Shown here: in pieces, positions 55,811 through 64,000 of the stretch | How positions within the stretch are numbered: the first letter of the stretch is position 1 | Layout: each line of letters opens with the position of its first letter | The notes under the pieces: generated by a model | What the model saw: only the letters and a program-made list of their open reading frames with translations | Database searches by the model: none | Told to the model about the DNA's origin: nothing | Assembly (NCBI GenBank): GCA_964016885.1 | Contig: OZ024741.1 | Location: 284,952,001-285,016,000, forward strand | Length of the DNA stretch: 64,000 nucleotides | Origin: Eledone cirrhosa | Lineage: Eukaryota | Reading direction: 5' to 3' | Position numbers and translations under genes: made by a program

Positions 55811-57299
55811 TATAGGCATAATTTGCAATACAATTGCAACATTTGGGCCGAGAGCCCAAATGTGGTGTCGCCTTATCTTTAGAGCAATGTATAGCGCCCT
55901 ATTTACAATTTGTGCGAAAAATATTAACAATGAACGTTATGTAAACAAGTGAATATCAACAAAATATTAGGAGCAAATATATACTTGACAACAACTTGAG
56001 ATACCAATAACAATTATAATTATATGTTGAAACCCACGTGTACATATGTGTGTATGTGTTTGTACATGTGTGAATATGATACACATCTGATAATGTTGTA
56101 GAACTGGTCTTATTTGTTTCGTATATTTTGCGTACAGACATATTTATTCAGATTTAAGGACAAAGTCATTTTGAATTATGAGTATTTACTGCCCTTCTTT
56201 TTGCCCCTCTAGCTTTTATGAGTGACCGTATTTCACTAACAATAATTAGGTCAACACATGTCATTAATGTCGTCTATGCAAGACTTGTGCTGACACAATT
56301 CTCCTTTATCTATTTTGGCTTTCAGTCAAAATTAGCATAAAATTTTATGTGAGTTTTAATGTTAACATGGTTTTATGCCAATATGTAAGTTCCATGCTTT
56401 TATTGTTTTTAGTCTCTCCGTGAATGTTTTCTGAAGAAGAACAGCAGCAATTTGGGTTGGTTTGTAGCAGTACTCTGTGTATCCGATGTCGCTGAAGGGT
56501 TAATGTAAGCGTTCATATGGTGTATATTATAGTGTATATTATATGGTGTATATTATAGTCGATTAGAACGTCCCAGTATTTGACTACTGTATATTTTATT
56601 GACGTTGGTGCAGACGAAGCTGATGGGGTAAGAATTTCGCATCCTAATCATGAAGTCTTATGTTCAATCACATTATGTGGCATCATAGCCAAGCCCTTTT
56701 ATGTAAGTGAAATTGAGTTGACGGAAACTGTACCTGTAATTAAAATACGCAGCCTTGTTACCACTTTTCCGTTGATGCTTCTGCCAGCAATTGTGACTGG
56801 CAGATAGTACCAACATTGGGAAGAACAATAGAAATCGTTTATTTTATCCGATATGACAACCGGCTCGTTTCCTGTTTATTTAATGCACCATTTTAGTTAT
56901 AACACACCATTAATCGTTCATGCGTTTACATTAGGTGTAACAACTTATACAACTATTTAACTAGATACTATACAGCCGTGGGCAGCTTGAATTTAGCTAT
57001 AATGAATCTAAGGCAGCAATTTTCTTACTAGAAAACCAATAAATTTCTGTTTCATTTTACATTAAATCGTTTGCTATTTCAATTTAAGTATACCAAAACT
57101 AGATTTTTCTGCTAGTGCCAAGTTGAATAAGAAGAGAATCAATGATTATCGCACTGTAGTTATAGCAAACATATAACTGTATCTGTCAGTTATAACAGTA
57201 GTAGATGTAACAAAATTATAAGTATTCAATATATCACTGAAGTTAGTTGCTTCAAATTATTTATAGTCAGCTTGAGATCGATAGAAGGGGACAAATAGG

Positions 57300-60200
57300 T
57301 ACAGTCGTTAGAACGTCGGATAGAATGCTTTGCAAGTTCGTTTCGGCTCTCTGATCACTGAGTTCAAATCCCGCCGAGGAAACTTTGCCTTTCATCTATT
57401 CGAGGTCATAAAAAAGTACCAGTCTATTATAGAGATTGATTCTTCCTCTATATTTCTTTCTCGCTTCCTCTCTCCTTCCCTAGAACCATTGCTATGAATC
57501 GTATAGTATGGTCCTTGTTATAACTCACAAGGTATGCTATAACTAAAATAAAACTGAACAATTGAAAGTTAATTAGAAATAAATTGAAAAAAAAAATACT
57601 TTCCTTCCACCACTAAAAGATCTTTGAAACAAACAAACAATTCCTAATTTGTTTGCTATTTTTATTTTATTTTATTTTACTTTCCACAACAACACTGTCA
57701 CCAAGTGGGATTCAATCTTTAGTTTTCTGGAATTGTGAATAAATAAATACATTAACTCATTTATTGCTTCAACGCTTCTTTTAAATTTTAATCAACACTA
57801 AAGTAATTTTAACTCAAATGGTATAACTTAGGGGCAGGAAGAAAAATAATCACCTCATCTATACTAGGCAATGATTATCTTTGAATTATAGGTCTTCAAA
57901 TAGTACTTACACTTTTTCCTACAGCTTTTCATGAACACCAATTTCCATAGAATGCGAGTAATTTTCAACACACTGACATTTAATTAATATGAATACTTGG
58001 AAACTACAACAATCAGCAGGTTTCAGATTCATCGTTTTAAGATAAATATTGTCTAGTAAGTAATAACGGTGGAGCATCTGTAGTTCTTGACGATAAGTAT
58101 TCAACTGGTCGACCAATAGAATTCTAAAACTCATACTCATTAATTTCAACTTAACATGCAAACTTCTTCAGTATTTCACAATGGAACGAAATGGAACTTT
58201 GTCGGTTTCGACGATGTGGGTTCCAATTTTTCGATCAATGGAACAGCAGGATTATAAAATTAATGAACAAGTGATTGAGCATTCTACAAGCACATTTTCC
58301 TCATTACCTAATTCAGCGTATGATAAAGCTTGCCCTTTGATTGAAAAGTATAGTTAATTCGAGGCCTTCCAAACAGTTTCCACTTACTCAATTTTACTCA
58401 GAAAATTTAGGTGGGACTGAAACTATGGTAAAAATATTTGACAAAGATGCCATGCAGTAGGGTCGAATCCGGGACCTAATGATAGCAAAGAGATTTTCTT
58501 GATCATTCGGCCATGCTGCTGCGTCTACAGTATTCCACAGACATGTGCACCTTTAACGCAATTTTCAAGTCGTATTACCGTGGCACTATATTACACGCCT
58601 AGACATTTTTATTACAGACACAGTTCAAATAGAAAGAAATAAGAAGAGTAAGAGAAGAATTGAACTTACTTTATTTTCACTTGTGCTGGTAATAAGGCGG
58701 CGAATTGGCAGAGTAGTTAGAAGTTAGAACGTCGGATAGAGTGCTTTTGCGTTATTCGTTCCGGCTCGCTTCTCTCTCAGTTCAAACCCGCCGAGGTCAA
58801 CTTTGCCTTTCATCCATTCGAGGTCGATAAAAAAAGTACCAGTCTAGTACTGGAGGCGGTCCTTCCTCTATATCTCTTTCTCACTACCATTCTCTCTATC
58901 TCTACACGCATCCTTCTGAGAGTGGATTAACGATGCACCTTTAAATATTACTTCATCTGAGTCAAGCAAATAAATATGTAATTACTTGTTCTTAAATATT
59001 AAGATTCGTTTAGTTTATTCATTTTTTACTGGAATATAAATTCAGATGGTATGGGATGGCATTTTATTTATCGACCCCTGAAAGGATGAAAAAGAGAGTT
59101 TATTTCTGTGGGATAGGAACTCTAAGTGTAGACAGACGAATCAAATAAAAGAAGTCCTAGCTGAGGTTCTAATGATTTTGCCAATTCATCACCTTAGTAA
59201 GTAATGTAGCCAGAATATACATATCGGCATGTCATATAGAATGTTTTGTTGTATACGGTCCGGCTCCATGCATTCTCTGAGTTCAAATCCCACTAAAATC
59301 GACTTTCATCCCTTTGACCTCGATAAAAAAAAGTATCAATCCTCTCTATCTCGCCTACTTACTTTCTGTTTCTCTTCCTCTTTCCTTTTTGTTTTCCGAC
59401 CTGAGGAGGGAATTGGTTCCGTCAAGTTTCGAAGTGTCGAGGTGTTACAGGTCCATCCATCCCTCTATCCATACATACATGGAGGCCCTCCGTCATTTCT
59501 GACGTCGAGTGCTCCAGTTAATTCAATTAATGGAACTGTCTGCTCTTGTAATTAACGTGTAATTGGCTGAGTATTCCACAGAAAACGTCTACCTTAACGT
59601 AGTTCTCAGGGAGGGTCAGCGTGACATAGCGTGTAACTGGGTTGGAATTACAGGCACAACTCATTTCTGCCAACTGAATGGAGTGGAGCAACGTGAAATA
59701 AAGTGGTGTTTTCCTCAAGGGCACAACGCCCGAAATTACGACACTACGATCGTGAGTCAAACACCTTAACCACTAAACTACTAAGCCACGCACCTTCACA
59801 TATATGTGTATAGCTATATACGTACATATCGGCACATTTTACTAACTGCGAAATAAATACAGCTTAGACAATTAAAATATCTCCACACATTTAACTAAAT
59901 TATGAGGAATCCACTGTTGAGAATAAAGACTGTGAAACAATTTGACACCGAAACGATACCAATTCCTTTAATAACATTTGTTAATGCTTTTGGCAAACAC
60001 ATAAACTTCCCACAATTTTTTCCTCTTCCAGAAATTTGAGAATTTGCGTTCAAATGAAAAAATCAATGAACTAAACGAAACTTAATATTCAAGAAGGAAT
60101 TGCTTACTTTATTCATAATAAAATTTAATGCTGTGTCGTTAATCCTTTCCCAATGGTATTACCAGCATAAGTGGAAGTAAAGTAAGCTGGAACTTGTGAT

Positions 60201-60480
60201 TCGCAATGGGGCCATTTTTATATTAATCTATTTCGTATGGTAGCAAATTAGTAGAATCGTTAGGTTGTCAGATTAAATACCTCCATATTTGTTCCCGCTC
60301 ACTGCACTCTGTTCAAATCCCAAGTCCCATCAAGGCAACTTTGCCTTTTATCCTTTTAGGGTCGACAAGTAAAATACCAAACCATGGGCGGTGAGTAGGC
60401 AGGATGGTTAAAGAATTGGGCGTGACGCTTTGCGGAATCTAATCCAGCTCTGTGCATTCTGAGTTCAAATCCGGTCTGAT
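57300..60480 (+). mobile_element. Scattered old SINE A-related copies (57305-57430, 58695-58860, 59240-59340, 60240-60480)
   Basis: Repeated GAGTTCAAAT..GCCGAGG..ACTTTGCCTTTCATC..GTCGATAAAA core. Confidence 0.7.
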
Positions 60481-61069
60481 TCGATAGATAACATCAGCAA
60501 TAGAAACACCAATAAAAACAGTGTTTCTAGGTACGATCTGACAATAGGTTTGTCTTTCCTCTTTCTTCTGTTTTATTTCGTACAAGATGGGGTATGGAAC
60601 CTTGTGAAGATAATACCTTTCTCAAAGTTTGAATGACAAAAGCAATAAAGCAATAAATACTATGCTGTTTTCAATAACCTCTTTTATATCTTCATATTCT
60701 GAGTTCAAACACTCTTGTGCTTGAGTGTGCCTCTCATTCCCCTTCCAATATGTCAGTGTGGTAAAACCTTTTTACGATAATCATGCAATAAAATCATTCT
60801 AACTGAGAATCAAAGCTAATTTTAATTCTGCTTTCTATTTTATTAATTAAACAAAATGGAGCCCGAATATGATGCCATCACATAACAGAAATTTTTAAGC
60901 CTCTCATCTCATTGTGTGTTCTTTTTCTACGCTGTAATATTCATATTCAATACTTGCTAGTTCAGTTTTTAAATACTATCGGGAGTAAATCACTATAACC
61001 CTCTGTGAAATCCGAAGGGAAAATTCTTCAACCTCATGCAATAATCAATCATGCATTAAACATGTGCAA

Positions 61070-64000
61070 AATAATAATAATAATAATGTTTTCTTTATTA
61101 ACCAAAAGGGTTTACAAAAGGATAACATTAAAGACAGTGCGTGACGGTACAAATGAGGATTTCTGTGTGTAAAAACTAACATAAAACAAATACAAAGGTA
61201 GTAAAAAAAAGATCAAAAGAAAATTCCCCGATAGGGGAGAGACGTCCGAGGGTCATGCATGGAGAAAGCCAACAAAATTCCACAGTGAACCTGACTGCCA
61301 GGGCATGTGTCCTCTCCCAGGTGTCCTCATTCAATATATAGGCACAGGCTCAGAGTGTGCCCATTAACACGGGTCATTCTCACCTCTTTCACCCACATAA
61401 CAAAGTAGCACTGGAAGGTAGCACTTTCTTTCCACTTTGATTTTCCTTTTCAAGTGAAACCCGTTAATCAGGGCGTCACCGAAGAAGAAAGGGTCCCTCT
61501 TCGGCCCTTTTAGACGCGTTCACCATACAACCTCTTTCGCCATGGTCACCTGACAGACAAAAACAGCCTGCACTTCTTAGGTAAAGAAGGGTGGTGGTGA
61601 AATTTTGACGATGGACTCAGTTGATAGTCGGTTCCGTCCTACTCATGACAGCAGGTGTTCGACATAAACACACAAGTCAGCGATACTCGCACATGGAACG
61701 AGTGCGTGTATGACGATTTCGTTGCCCTTCGTGCATCGCGGGTAGGTCCGGCTGACGGCACTTCCATGCCTGTATAGTTTATCTCGAACCAGCAACGCTC
61801 CCCGGTAGCACTACCAGGCCATGGATTTCTGGAAGGTATCCATGGGCCCTGGACCGAAAATTCGGCAGAAGGGAATGGGTAGTTGATTTTCGTCGACACT
61901 CAGAGATTCGCCAAGAACGTCGTCGCTTTTACCCATCACCAACTTTCTATAGAACGCCAAGGTAGAGATTTCATTGGCCATAGTGTCCGAGTGGCTAAGG
62001 GCTGTGAGCGCTTGAAGACATTCTATCCCCCAAGCGCTGCTCCTCGGTTTCTACTTGAACCAGCACTGCAGCTCCGTCGTGAAGAGTTGAGGAAAACCGT
62101 GCTAAGTGAATAGCGATCACACCTGATCACCGTTCAGAATAAGCTGGAAATGTCATAGCCTCAGCGCATGTCTGCGCTTCATCAGCCATGGCATGCCCAG
62201 CCCTCCCTCAGTGGGTGTGGACAACAGATGAACTATCTCACCAGTGGAACCTGTACCTTCCACGGGAAGTTGAAGAGCAGACGCTCCAGCTTGATGAGGT
62301 GCAGACTGGGGCAAGGTACGAAGATTAGGCGGTAGTAGATGACGAACGCGATATACGTGTTCGCCACCTCCGCCCAACCTTTCAGGAATAGCTTCCTCTC
62401 ATATGATTTCATTTATAAACATGGTGATCTCTTCGCTGCGGAAGGGTGTGTTGGAGTTTGCCCTGCTTTTTGGTGGGTGGTGAAGAGACCATCCGCAGTG
62501 CCATATCTTATCACCCGGGCTATGTTATTTTATGAGCCCACACGGCACCCATAGTCTTTTGATCTTGAGACTCGCTCGCCCGTTCTACTCGGTGCGATGT
62601 CGTTCCATTCGTGCAGTACGAGATCGTACAAAGACGTCTGTTATCCATGATGTCGGATACAAACTGCTTGGTCTCATTCATTTCCTCCTCGCTGACATAT
62701 ACTCTTTTTACGGTGTTAGTCGCCTTCGTGAAGAATATGGACACCTTGGTGGCTCTTGCCTGCTTTGAGGCATCGTCATGTCTGCTACTGTTGTTGTTAT
62801 TGTTGTTCCCGTTGCTGTTGCTGTTCCCGTTGTTGCTGCTGTTGTTGTTGTTGTGGTTGTCACTTTTGTTAGTGTTGTTGTTGTTATCGTTGATGCTATT
62901 GTTGTTATTGCTTCTGTTGTTGTTCATGTTATTGCTGTTGCCATTGCTGTTTATTTCTGCTATGTTTATTGTTGCTATGTTGGTGTTTGTTGTTGCTGTT
63001 ATCGTTGTCAATGTTCTTATTCTTTGTGTTCTCTCGGTTGAAAGTGTTGCTTTGAATTTCTTTTTTTTATTTTTTTGTTTCAGCTGTTTGTTGTTGTTGT
63101 TGTTGGTGTGGTGGTGGTGGTGGTATTAGGGGTGTTGGATATACTTGCCGTCGTTATGGTAGTGGGGTTTACAAAGGTAAACATTGGTAAACAAAGGTAA
63201 ACCTTTTGGTTACTGGAAGACGAGGTGTCTGTGTCTAGAAGTGTTTTTATGTTTTTGTTTGTGTCAATGTGTGAATTTTTTGGGGGGTGGGGGTAATAGA
63301 AGAGCTTTATTTGTCTTCCTCCTGGCTGGTCATCATTGGCGGGGGAGTTTCCACTGCTATTGCTGCTGATAGTGTTGCCGGTACTGGTGTGGGTGGTGGC
63401 CCCCGCCCTGGCGTCTGCAGCAGTGGGGTATGATTTCAACCCATTCCAATCGTGAGCTGGGGCAGAAGGCTCGCAAATGCGTTGTTTCTCCGCAGACGAA
63501 ACTGCGGCCTTTTGCCCTCAGTCATTATTTACAGTACAGTCGGACATGGTCTGCAACATTTTCTTTAGGTCTTCTATCCAGATTTAGAGAAGTATCTCCA
63601 AATCGAGCCCGGACCAGTCTTGCCTGGCTGTTTGTGTTGCTTCTATCGGGCCGGCATCTGTTCCTTCAATCACGCATCACTGGAGCCACTACATGTACAC
63701 TCCTGGTGGAAAACTGGGAATGCGAACTCATATAGTTCTCCTCCTCACGTAGGAAGGGTGCATTGTTACCTTGCTGGTTTTATAAGGGGTGACGGAATGT
63801 TTCATAGTGAGGGCTTCCGACTTAAAGAGCACCGAGATGGTGCCGTATTGTCTGCCGCTCGCTATGGACTCGGTGTCTTGCCTGATGCATTTCAGCGCAG
63901 CGTCTAATCGGTTTGCGGAGTGATCTCCGCTTTGCGAGTCTGCGCTGTAATGCTTCTATAGCCGCTGACGCGACGGGTAAGTTGGCCCAGGTTTACTCTC
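61070..64000 (-). mobile_element. Second L1/Tx1 element, RT deleted, runs off the window; (TTA)n tail
   Basis: ORF1 homology at 63400-63990 (CFVCGETTHLRAFCP); ORF2 3' part 62400-61340 (GGLGMPWLMKRRHALRL) matches 39640-41000. Confidence 0.85.

Noticed and set aside
57905-58175. Possible host exon (minus-strand GTAAGT donor at about 57910; plus-strand acceptor near 57924)
   Set aside because: No open frame links credible splice sites and no protein motif is recognisable.

Overview
This is AT-rich, repeat-saturated animal DNA. The SINE families and the huge (TA)n/(TACA)n tracts suggest an octopus or other coleoid cephalopod (inference from pattern recognition). No host protein-coding gene can be supported. 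The window is a nest of retroelements, many sitting in TA microsatellites: a long open R4/Dong-type RT-RLE ORF (12278-14674), a GC-rich CRE-clade element with an N-terminal PHD finger (about 26530-29555), two decayed L1/Tx1 elements, bipartite non-autonomous RTE elements, two tRNA-derived SINE families, two Helitron pieces and several Penelope-like GIY-YIG fragments. The most striking layer is non-coding. There are about a dozen canonical-core and several degenerate type I hammerhead ribozyme motifs with covarying stems, mostly inside fold-back (inverted-repeat) insertions. One ORF-less hammerhead family (23064-23348, 47685-48111, 53828-54668) has a circularly permuted consensus, as expected for a circular-RNA retrozyme. 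A second ORF-less unit (34790-35683) runs from one cleavage site to the next, and its fold-back apex lies at the cleavage site. All coordinates and alignments were done by eye and may be off by a few nt.
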